Source: Trichosphaerium sp. ATCC 40318 (lineage: Eukaryota > Protista > Tubulinea). Taken from it: a stretch of DNA of 64,000 bases. Positions 1 through 10,825 of the stretch are shown here, piece after piece. Both the position numbers and the translations under genes were made by a program. Position 1 is the first letter of the stretch. Each line of letters starts with the position of its first letter. The notes below the pieces were generated by a model, which was given only the letters and a program-made list of their open reading frames with translations, was not told the DNA's origin and made no database searches. The DNA lies in NCBI GenBank assembly GCA_038496445.1, contig JALMLS010000548.1, forward strand, positions 1 through 64,000, read 5' to 3'.

Positions 1-600
1 TGTATATGTACCGCTTCGCTAAATAATGCATTCCACTGTTAAATGTTACAATTTTTGTTTCATTACAATATCTTGGATTTCCTCATTTTTTCGCATAAAG
101 CGCTTCGCTTCAAAATGCATTCCACTTTGAGGTTTATACATATACCGCTTTGCTAAATAATGCATTCCACTTTAAATATTATATTCTTCTTTCACTACAA
201 TATCTTGGATTTCTTCATTTTTTTCGCATAAAGCGCTTCGCTTCAGAATGCATTCCACTTTAGGCACCGCATATATGTCGCTTCGCTGAATAATGCATCC
301 GATATTAGGTGTTGCATGCGTACCGCTTCGCTACAGTATCTTAGATTCTTTTAATTTTTTTTTCACATTAGATTTTGTAATATGGCGCTTCGCTTCAAAA
401 TGCATTCCACCATAATCTCTGCATGCCTACCGCTTTGCTACATAATGCATTCCACTTTAGGTCCCGCATGCGTGCCGCTTCGCTACAAATTGTTGGATTC
501 TATGAATTTTTCACTTTTTTGCCGCTTCGCTACAGAATGTTGTCGTTGTGACCCTATAATATATCGCTTCGCGATATATTTCTACACAGTGCTTCGCACT
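1..600. repeat. Satellite-like tandem repeat, ~45-bp monomer with ~133-bp three-monomer higher-order unit
   Basis: CGCTTCGCT/CGCTTTGCT core at 12, 101, 146, 234, 279, 324, 386, 431, 476, 523 and 565, often followed by AATGCATTCCAC. Region 12-145 aligns with 146-278. Confidence 0.85.
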
Positions 601-671
601 GTTACATAGTACTATATGTATAAGTATCAGCAACATACGTTGCCTACATGCTGTTTAGCAACAGCATAGAT

Positions 672-858
672 CCTAACCCCTAACCCTAAACCTAATTGGC
701 TTCTAGGGTATAACCCTAATCCTTGTTGTATTCTATTAGGGCTAGGGTTTTGTGCTGGCTTGAAATCTAAAATTTAGGGCTAGGGTTAGGTTTACAACCC
801 TAACAAATATGAAACATCAGTTGCAGATTAGGGTTAGGGTTAGGTTTGCAACCCTAAG
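672..858. repeat. Degenerate telomere-like TTAGGG/CCCTAA motifs in both orientations
   Basis: CCTAACCCCTAACCCTAA at 672, TTAGGGCTAGGG at 736 and 774, TTAGGGTTAGGGTTAGG at 828, AACCCTAA at 712, 796 and 850. Confidence 0.8.
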
Positions 859-1016
859 TAAAATTAAAACATCAACACTTTTTTTTACTGTCATTTCCTA
901 TAGTCTGCCTATGCTTACTTACACATACTACTTACAACTTTATGTATTACATACTATGTTTATTTTATTATTTTTTAATTATTTCTTGATACTAATGCAA
1001 CTATTTTATCCATTGT

Positions 1017-1867
1017 TTATTTTTTTTGTTTTCTTTTTAAAGTTTGTATTAGCTCTAGCATTTCAGTTCTCATTTCTGTTACTTTAATTTGAGTAACTGA
1101 GGTTTTTAATTGTGTCCAAGACAACTTTGGTTGTGTAGCTAAAAATTTAGAAATACAAAGAACAAAAACACCACAATCATAGCCATTTTGTTGTTGTGGA
1201 GTATCAAACTTGACAACATCTACAAAGCCTTCAATTAGCTGACTTGAACAAAACACTTGCATCCATTACCTTGTTGTGATGTGTCTAGCAATACACCAAG
1301 TTTCTTTGCAGTCTCAACACTACACTTGTAGTTGCATGTGCCCATTGAGTCAAAAGAGTAAAACTTGTCATCAGAACGAACATACACCATCAAACTCCTG
1401 CCACAAACTGTAAATTGCGCCCGGCACGTTTACGCAGATGTGTTTCCACATCCAAACATTTGAAATCTGAGTTACGTACCAGTGTGTACCGCCCGATGCG
1501 TTGATATCTCGATTATTATTAATTGGTATGATAATCAGCTCGCGTTTGTCAAGTTCGAGGTCTACCAGTTCTTCTTTGAGCTCCGTTAAATCTAACAGCG
1601 GGGTGTTAAATACAAATTCATAACCAAAAAGCGCAACCAGGGTAGAATGTAGTGAGCATGATAGTGGAGGGATGCACAAATCGGACTGTATCGTCAACAC
1701 CACCTTCGTCCTGTAGGTAGCTGTTACGTGTGAGTGATAACGCGCGTAAATCGCACGTACTCGTAGAAAAAGCCAATTAACTTGTCGTTTAGCCACTGGA
1801 ACGGCTTTAAAAGCATCACATCCTCAGAAAACAGCGTAGTGTCAGCGTATGTCAGCACTGCTTTCAT
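1017..1867 (-). CDS. SENP8: NEDD8-specific protease (SENP8/DEN1, peptidase C48), multi-exon
   Basis: Spliced translation gives MKAVLTYADTTLFSEDVMLLKPFQWLNDKLIGFFYE, PINNN..GGTHW, YSFDS and PQQQNGYDCGVFV (His-Asp-Cys triad motifs). Confidence 0.9.
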
Positions 1868-2139
1868 TCTGCGTAGTGGTTTGGTTTTTTTTTTTTCACA
1901 GCGTTTTTAAAATTTGTGGCTGTTGCAACGAAGCAACGGTCAACTAGCGTCTCAGAAAACGCACAACTAGAGCGACGTTTTGCTGTAATAACATCTTTAA
2001 CATGTATGTGGTTGCGAGGGTACAACCCTTTTATCATTTTTATAACGCGTTCCAATCAGATAATTTATGACAAACGTTTCATTTTATGATATTTCTTTTT
2101 TTAAGTTTTTACAACAAGTATGGTCGAAATGCAGGCAGT

Positions 2140-3515
2140 TTATGATGTGTCCATTGCTGTCAATGGTTCCACAGTGGTAGATGTGACAGAGAATTTGGAA
2201 ATAGGTACAGTTTCAAACTTGGTAACAGCTAGAAAGCAAACAAATAAGTTGGTTAAATCGCAAAAAATAAAAAATCAAACACTAGATTATATGGGCTTTT
2301 CAATAGCGAATACACGAACTGAAGGACACGTACGTGTGGTACCACGTTCGAAGTGGTATTCTCTTCTGTGCTTTCTTTGATTAGGTTTGTCGTAGTTCCT
2401 CAAAATCTCTGTGCCATCCTTTGTAATTATGGTAACATCCACATTAGATCCGGAACCCAAATCGTTGAAAATACCAGCAGAAATTGCTTCATGTACCAAC
2501 GCGATGGCTTCATCACGCTGTTAAGTAGTCAGACAAAAACACGAATTTTCCAACAACAAAAAAAAAGGTAGTTGGTAAAATAGCCTCAGATTAAATTTCT
2601 TGATATAAGCTGTCAATCACAACAATTCAGGAGCAGGACTTGATCATCATGATGTGGCAATTATGAAAAAAAAAAAAAACAGAAAAAAAAAAAAAACCGA
2701 AATAACGTACCGTCATATCTTTTTTCCACTTCGCTTCAAACACTGACATAGCAGCTAGTGAACCTGATCCCATGGTCACGTATGGCAAGGTAGTTGTAGA
2801 ACCATGTGGGTAAATTGTGTGCAAATGTGGGCCAGCACAATCAAATCCACCAAGAACCAAGGCAGCAGATACATGGCCTGTAATAAAACGTCATTAATCT
2901 TGACAACGGTATTTTGGGAGCGTAAGTGTCAATAGTGCGCTGATGCAACCTATGATTTTAAAGTTTTTCCGCCACATACCTTGATACTTAAACAACATTT
3001 GCTTCAACATCGTTAGCGCTGTGATTACGCGCGGTTGCTTTCCAGTAGCGAGCCTGTGGAGCTCAAGGTTGCTTGAAATTAGTTCTACAAACAAATTTTT
3101 ATTATACTGACGGCAGAGCATTGACGAAAAACAAATCAATACCTGTAGTGTACTCTGTATCTGCAGCTGTACCAGCACCACAACAGTAAATATTGTCAGC
3201 GATGTAATGTATTTTCTACAGAAACAAGGCGTTTTAGTTTAAATAACGTTTTTCAAAATAATTATGTGGCCGCGGTTACCTCGCAATTTTTGTCAGCAAC
3301 GATTGGGCCGTTCGTTGCGCGTGTATCAGCGCCTAATACGATACCACCCTTGAAGAGCGTACCACAGATAGTGGTACCAGTTTTAGTAGCGCCTGGCATT
3401 TTTAAGCCCACAGCAGCTAAAATATTATTTCTAGAACGAATTAGAGAGAAAAAACGCGCTACAAACGCCAATACCTTTTACATAAGTCAAAATCAAAGCC
3501 CGCTTGACCTTCCAT
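2140..3515 (-). CDS. PSMB7: 20S proteasome subunit beta type-2 (PUP1/PSMB7), multi-exon
   Basis: KTGTTICG (catalytic Thr1), [42 protein letters not shown]. Confidence 0.97.
2582..2658 (-). ncRNA. Intronic box C/D snoRNA in the proteasome beta2 gene
   Basis: On the host (minus) strand inside a ~190-nt intron: C box ATGATGA (2650-2644), D' CTGA (2630-2627), C'-like GTGATTGA (2620-2613), D box CTGA (2589-2586) and a short GCC/GGC terminal stem. Confidence 0.75.
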
Positions 3516-3807
3516 GGTTTTGCTTGTGAAATATTTGTCGGAAGCAAAACTTAACCGAACTAAAAGTTTAAGTGGCTTTTTTTTTGGTTTGTTGTATTCC
3601 TCAAAGGTTTTTGCAGCCTCAAAATTTAACCTACGCGGTTTCGCAACACACACAGCTGCAAAGTTGTTTTATGTAAAACGACGCTAACATTGTGAATTCA
3701 AAAAAAAAATACCAATAATCTAATTGATGTCACGTGGTAGTTCGGCGTATAGTAAATTTTTCAGCGCCGCCCAGCTCATCCACGTTGTTGACCGTTTTTC
3801 AGGCACC

Positions 3808-5452
3808 TCATTTTGACTTTGCAAGTTTTACAGCGCATTCAATAATCCCTTGTAAACTATTAAAACAAAATAGTGTCGTTGCAAAAAGTACGTACCTTTC
3901 ATGTAACCAACTGCGAATAACCGCCCCAACATTGTGTAGCCACCTAGTTGTTTTGGCTGGTCAATTGCATCATTTTCTTCGCCCTAGTACCACTTAGGAC
4001 AACATAGATGGAGCCAGAACGTAACTGCTAGAATAGGTACATGATCAACTCGCATTGGACCATCAAAGCCAATCTCAACATAAGCCTTCATTGCCTCAAA
4101 CATGTCTGTCTGATGGCAAAGTATTATAATTACAATAAGGTTCCTCACAAGTATTTTGCTATACTTACACGTCCTTGATCTTGCCAAGTCTCGCGAAAAA
4201 AGCCCTGATTCACATCACCAATAACATCCCTAAACTGTATATTAGCACAGATAAAATTCAATGATCTACGAATTCTACCTGAAGTGAACGAAGACAATCT
4301 TTCCTGGATACTTCTTGCCAAAATCACGGATAGTTTGGGGAATATCGATGCCCATCTCAGCAAAGGTGCCCTGTCCAAAACAAATACAATTACTACAAGA
4401 CAAAAAAATTAGTCAACTTCTAGCGCACTGGGCACAATCATACCTTGGGCTGGGGTACTGAGTCATGAGCCTATCGAAGTCCTTGAGGTTCTTCATAATG
4501 CGTGACATGCCAAGTACTTTAGGTCTATTTAACAATTGGTTAATTTTGTTTTCTTTTGGTAGAATAGTAACCAACTCAACTCACATTGGAGGATCATCTG
4601 GATGCATAGCTAGCTTTACATTGCACTTTTCAGCAACTGGTAGAACTTGTTTCAAGAAGTGGTCTATTGATTGCCACAGACGCTCTTCAGAAATATCATC
4701 AATAGAAGTATCCTGGGTCATAGTTAGTTCAGAGCGTGAGCATTAGTGAAATAAATTATTTCGCAACTAAGTGCCTTGTACAGTGCTTCATCAAACGATG
4801 TAAAACGACAACCACCACGTCCTGCAGCACAAAAAAAGTCAACTTTCCAAATGTCTGAGTGTCTGTGTACCTGGTTCGTAGAAGTTGGTTCTGCTCCAGT
4901 CGCCACCTTGACGCGTCAGGTTAATCAATGACGCAGTCTATCCTAATACGCGTACCGGCCATCCAGTTCCAACACAATATACCTACATCTGCTACTCTCA
5001 TCATTTCTAACAGATCCTGTATGCATTTTATGTCCTGCGCAACTGCCTCTTTATCTACACCAAGTTTTGCGTTTTCAATGGGTAACGCGCGCTCGATAAC
5101 GCTAATTTTCATGCCAAATGACTTTACCTGCACGTGTACACAAATTAGAAAGTGAAAGTTTTTGGTGTTTTTTTTTTGTTGTTTTCGTTTTCTCGCACTC
5201 TTTGTTGCTGTACTACCAAATCTCTGACGTCTCCGCTTGGATAGCGCACTACTATATCTGTAACGCCAACCTACGAGTCTGTGTAAACGCCACGCTCCCC
5301 TAGCAATGCTCTTGAGTTGTAAACGGGTACCTGAGCTGCGCGCTGAAGATTAACGTCCTACAATGACACTCAGACATTTAGAGCTGGCAACAATAACATA
5401 CCGTAAAAGGAGCAACCACGAGAGCTACTTTAGGTACTTTTACACCGTTCAT
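3808..5452 (-). CDS. uxuA: Mannonate dehydratase (UxuA family), intron-containing
   Basis: LQRAAQVGVTDIV, ILCWNWMAG, FLKQVLPVAEKCNVKLAMHPDDPP, VHFRDV, GFDGPMRVDHVP, GYTMLGRLFAVGYMKG. Confidence 0.9.
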
Positions 5453-5742
5453 CCACTAAAACAAATAAATTGCGCTGTAGCGTGCAGGCACAAACCGTTT
5501 TGGCGTTAAATGAGGTTCGTGGATCGCACTGCGCCATTGTGAGTTGGACTTTTAAATGGGCTTGTAAGTATTAAAAAGGTACACTCATTATGTTCAAATT
5601 TGGTAAAACACCAAACTTACCGTAAGCAAGCGATAGCTGGCCGCTATACCAATTTCATGTCATTTTGTTAAAAATTCTGTTTTATCTGTGTTGCTTTTTA
5701 TTTACAAGTTTTTTATTTTTTCTTTTTGAAACTATTTGTTTG

Positions 5743-8700
5743 TTATGTGTTGTTTCTGGCATTTCTTTGTTCTCGATACTTCTGCTCTCGCTTTTCTTTA
5801 TCGTCAATAAACGTCATGCCAGTCTTTTTGCCCTTGTATATTTGCTTGTTTTTGTGAACAGGAGGTCCCATGAATGACACTTGATCACCGGCATCTAAAC
5901 GCAATGTGTCAGTTGTAAAAAAAAAAAAAGCCAGTCGTTGTTCGTGATGCAAATAAATAAACGAGTAACGCACTTGTGTATGTGAAAAGAGGATTACGGC
6001 CACGCTTGCTTCTCTTCCTCTTGCCCATTGAACCTTCACCCCAAATCTATTGCAGAAGAAAAATAAGTTTCTGCCGTAGCCAGTGTTCACCGTACATTAT
6101 ATTCATTCTTTCTTTTCTTCGCGCGACTCAATTTACGCTTTTGTTTCTTTGTTAGAAGGGCAGTTTCAGCTGAGTCTTGTGTAATAAAACTACAAAAAAA
6201 AAGTGTTAGATCAAGCTAGTTGATAAATAATTGTACGCACTCGTCTTTCCTGACATCTACCTCATCTTTTAAGTAGCTAGGTACATATTTCAAGTGAGCG
6301 TAACGCTTGTTTCCTACGGGAAATTAAAACGAGTCAGGCAGGAATGGTTGAACTTACGCGGTTTCCATTGAGTTCGCTTCAGCGCTGATAAATCCTCTGG
6401 AAATTGCTCAAAATGGCTCTTGAGCTTATCTTCTTTTACAATTTCCGTTGCCATCATTAATTGCTGCATACTGCACACCAGAAAGTTAGAATGATCATTC
6501 ATTCAAGGAGCACAACAAACACGTACCGTTTAAACTTTTTCTTGCCAATTTTTTTACCAAAACTGCTCATGACACGGTATCTAAGTTGTACTTGGTTAGC
6601 CGAGTAAGGTGGTGTAGATGATCAATCTTCAAAAGAACGAACCTGAAACTGTTCAAGGCGCCAGGTGGTAGCTCATACTCTTCCACTGTCATACCCTTGG
6701 AGTCTTGATCATCCATAATGTAGTTCAGTGGTACAAGTTCAAGACGTGACACAAGAGATATAGCTGTGCCAGGTTGACCTGCTCGAGCGGTCCTTCCAAC
6801 ACGATGTGTGTAGGCTTGTGTGCTTCGTGGAAGTTCCCAGTTAATGACTGCAAGAAAGGAAGTGTTAGGGCAGGTACACATTTTTGACCGTAAAACTTTA
6901 ACGTACCAACTGCGACATCTTTGAAATCAATGCCTCTAGCAACACCAAAAGCAGCATCGCGTTCAAACTGTTCTTCTTTTTCTTCGCGTTTTTGTTCACG
7001 CGTTTTCTTCGCTGGTTTATCTGCTGACTTTTGTGGTACAGGAGGAACTTTGAATACGGCGTCTTCTTTTTCCTCAACTTTATCTTCTTCACTGCTATCG
7101 TCGTTATCCGAATCACTATTGCTGCCACTTTCGCTGCCATCATTAATATCTTCCATGTCATTACCCTCGCCATCATCAGATTCATCTTCATCGTCCCTAT
7201 ATGTTTGTCAGAAACCAACTACAACAACAATGATCGGTTGAAGAGGAAGTTTTTTGATTGGAATGAGATTTTGCACTATCAACTGTCCGCATGGCATTAA
7301 TACTGGCCATGTGGGTACTTACAAGTGCTTATTTACGTCAAACAGATGTTGTTGTCACGTACATTAAATCTTTGGTTATATCAGAGACAATAGCGTCTTT
7401 GACCTGAGCGCGTCGGATTTCAGCTTCTGTCATTACGTGATCGTCTGTACAAATCAATAACCCAGCTTTACCTCTTTAAACAAAAGTTAATACTCAGCTG
7501 TAACTATGTAGTGATGCTTTAGTACCTGTTGAACTCTTCCAGTGCACCAAGACGAGAACGTTGCGGTAATTGAGGATTTAGAATAAGTACTCTTCCAAAT
7601 CCAAATTTGTCAAGGAACATCTTGATACTCATTGCCTCTCGCCCAGTGTTGGCAAAGATTAAACATTTACCCCTAAAAAAAACGTGGTAAGCGAAAGTTC
7701 TATCAATGACTATTAATAATTTTACGTACTTGACAAGCTTCAGTTTGATTAGACAATACAAGTACAGATACTTTTCCTCAATGTTTTCTACGCTCACAAA
7801 GTACTGTTTCAGTTTAGCACGGCTAACAAAAGTATAAGATTTACGATGGCGCTACTAGCGATTTGCCACATACGCAACAGCTTTTTCCTTTAGCCTCAAA
7901 ATAGCAGGGTTGTGTAGCAATAATCCTTTGAGTTGATTGACATCTGGGTTGATTGTTGCGGACATGAGATAACCTTGGCATTGTGGCAATGTCTCAGATA
8001 GCTTCTCAACATGTTCCTAAGTATTTATTTTAGATTGTGGAAATAAAAATATAAAACTAACAGCGTAACCAAAGGATAAGACGAGATCAGCTTCATCCAC
8101 TACAATGCTGGAAATGTTGTCTAGAAATACACTCGTTCCCAAGTGTGCTACAATGTGCGTAGGTGTTCCAATGAGAATGGCTGGTGTCTGCTTCAATTCT
8201 GCACTACAAAACAGGTCAAAACTAATAACCACCATTAAACAAACCCCCCACGTACGTTTGTGCCTCCTTCTCCTTGTCCGAAGCAACGTAGGCAACATTC
8301 AATTCGCAATACTTTGTCAGATCTTTGGTGAAAGTGTACGTTTGCTTTGCAAGCTCAGTTGTTGGTACAATGATCAAGGCTTTTGTTTTAGTTGGTTGCT
8401 GTGAAAAACATTTAGTTGTTGTGTCACAAGGAAAACAATTATGTAAAGAGTTCTCCGTTACCTTTTTCCTGGACAATAACTGGTGCAAAATTGGTAACAA
8501 AAACGACGCTGTCTTACCAGACCCCGTTTGAGCGCATGCAACAATGTCTTTTCCCTATTCTTTGTTAACTTCACGTTTTTTTTACATCACGCAAAATAAA
8601 AATACAAACAACATACTTCCAAAGCGAGTGGGATAGCAGTCGATTGAACCAATGAAGGAGCAGCCCATTTCAAATCTCGTATAGCCTAAATTCTCCTTAA

Positions 8701-8859
8701 ACATAACGAAATACGCACTAAACAATCGGCGTACTTGTTGTAGGCGCAAATCTAAGCCGAGTTTTTCCCAAGATGACGCAGAGTCTATAAACTGTCAAAA
8801 AAATATTCTACGCAACGCAACGCGAACGTGCCAATCTGTGCGGAAGTTTTTTGGGCCAT
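5743..8859 (-). CDS. DDX56: DEAD-box RNA helicase DDX56/DBP9, multi-exon
   Basis: AQTGSGKT, PTTEL, VVDEADLVLSFGY, MSAT, FGVARGIDF, YTHRVGRTARAG, HLKYVPSYL. Confidence 0.92.
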
Positions 8860-9224
8860 TTATTCGCGTATTAAGAATTACGCAAGAACTACGTTAAATG
8901 TACGAGAAATGTAGGGTAAAGAAGTATTGTTGGCGTTTGTTGAGCTGGCAACCCTTATAAAACAGCTAAAGGAACAATCAACATATTTTCGCAAGAATGA
9001 AGTTGACATTTTGTGATGAGAGCGTCCAAGATTCTCTTAAATCCGTGCAAGCGTTTTTTTTCATTTTAAGCATGTGTGGGTAACACTTGCGCTGTTCCTT
9101 AGTAGGATTAGTTCACAGCCGTTGTAGCCTCACAATATCACCGAATTCTGTTCTTTGATAAGAATACTTTAGCGGTACGTAAAAATAGCGTTAGTTGTTT
9201 GTAACACATCTGAGGCACACTACA

Positions 9225-10536
9225 ATGACATCACGTATGAAATGGTTTACTTTATTCTATATTGTGATCAACGTTAACAGTGCCATTAGTGCCAACCGTA
9301 AAACTGCATACAGGAGCTGAAGTCCCAGCTTTGGGGTTCGGAACATGGCAAATAGACCCATGGGAAGTAGCTGAAGCAGTAAAGGCTGCTCTAGAAGCTG
9401 GCTACAGGCACATCGATTGCGCTGAAGGATATTACAATGAAGCCCAAATAGGCGAGGTACAGAAACTTAGACTCTATCAATCGCTGAACTTGTCACAAAA
9501 AAAAAAACCCCAACTAGTGATGTTTATTTCATTGCGTAGAGGCTAACCATCTTGTTTTCTTAACAGGTGTTTGCAGAGCAGTTTAAAAGCGGCAAACTAA
9601 AACGCAAAGATTTATTCATAACGTCAAAAGTTTGGGGAACAAATTTTGATATTGTTGAGGAGCGTTTAAAGAATACACTCAAAGAATTACAAGTAGATTA
9701 TTTGGATCTATACTTGCTTCATTGTCCCACCTCTTTCGAAAGAACCAACCTTGGCTTGTACGACACGTGCCAAAAAAAAAAAGACTCTCAATTGCTTACA
9801 TCTTTATGTTTAGTCCTGCTATGGGCAAAAATGGTGAATGGAAACGCGGTAAAACACCCATTCATGTGGTATGGAAGCAGCTTGAATCATTTGTTGACCA
9901 AGGACTAGTTAAGGCAATTGGTATGTTGTACCTTTCGAATTCAGTACTCGAACAGCGCTGACGTTCTATAAATACTAGGTATTTCCAACTTTCCTTGCCT
10001 ACTTCTGAACGATCTATTGACTTATGCGCGTATTCAACCAGCAGTGCATCAAATAGAAGTGCATCCATACTTTACCAATGAGAAGCTATCTAAATGGTGC
10101 AGAGCAAATGGCATTGTTATTACTGGTTTTTCTCCACTAGGTATGGAAGGCTAGCTTTGTTTTAGTAGTTTTTTTACCGCATCCTACCATCGCTTATTTA
10201 ATTTGCTAAGGGAGTGGCAAGAAAGGCGGTCCAATGGAGGATACAGTCATTCAAGAAATCGCAAAAAAACACAAAGTCACACCAGCGCAGGTACACCGTC
10301 AGAAATTACTAGGAGGGTTGAACTCACACTTTGGTGCATAGGTTTTGATCCGGTGGAGTTCCCAGCTGGGAAATGTTGTGCTTGCAAAATCCAAGACGCC
10401 AGAACGCATAAAGCAAAATCTGGCCTCATTTTCGTTCACGCTAACAGAAGAGGAAATGAAGCAAATTACTGAATTAAATAAGAATTGGAAGGTCTGTGAC
10501 CATGCAGTTGAGTTTGGTATCCCAGTGTATGACTAG
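9225..10536 (+). CDS. Aldo-keto reductase (AKR1-like), multi-exon
   Basis: MTSLPLVPTVKLHTG after splicing, LGFGTW, GYRHIDCAEGYYNE, LFITSKVW, YLDLYLLHCP, KAIGISNF, QIEVHPYF, KSKTPERIKQN. Confidence 0.95.
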
Positions 10537-10825
10537 GTGTTTGGCACATAACAATTGAGCATGTAATCACAAAATAAATAACATATCATTACCATTTTGG
10601 TTGTAGTGAGTTTCTGTTTTGTTGACACAAACCTAGTCTAGTTTGTCGAGGTTTCAAAGTCATTTCTCCGTGCCAAAATAACTTTTTTGTTGTTGGAAAA
10701 TGCGATTACCCAAAATCCTTGGAAATGACAACCCAAAAACAGACACGGCTCTTTATTTTTGCGGTTAAAATTTGTTGTAGCCATAAAATACGCCTAAGAA
10801 TAAATATTGCGCGTATATGCACGCC

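Noticed and set aside
1-600. CRISPR-like array (short regularly spaced repeat)
   Set aside because: The intervening sequences are homologous to each other rather than unique, there are no cas genes, and the context is eukaryotic.
6900-7200. Large acidic insertion inside the helicase domain
   Set aside because: DBP9/DDX56 proteins normally have a variable charged insertion before the GVxRGxDF motif.
9013-9213. C box GTGATGA with a distant CTGA in the DBP9/AKR intergenic region
   Set aside because: The boxes are ~200 nt apart with no terminal stem or internal boxes.
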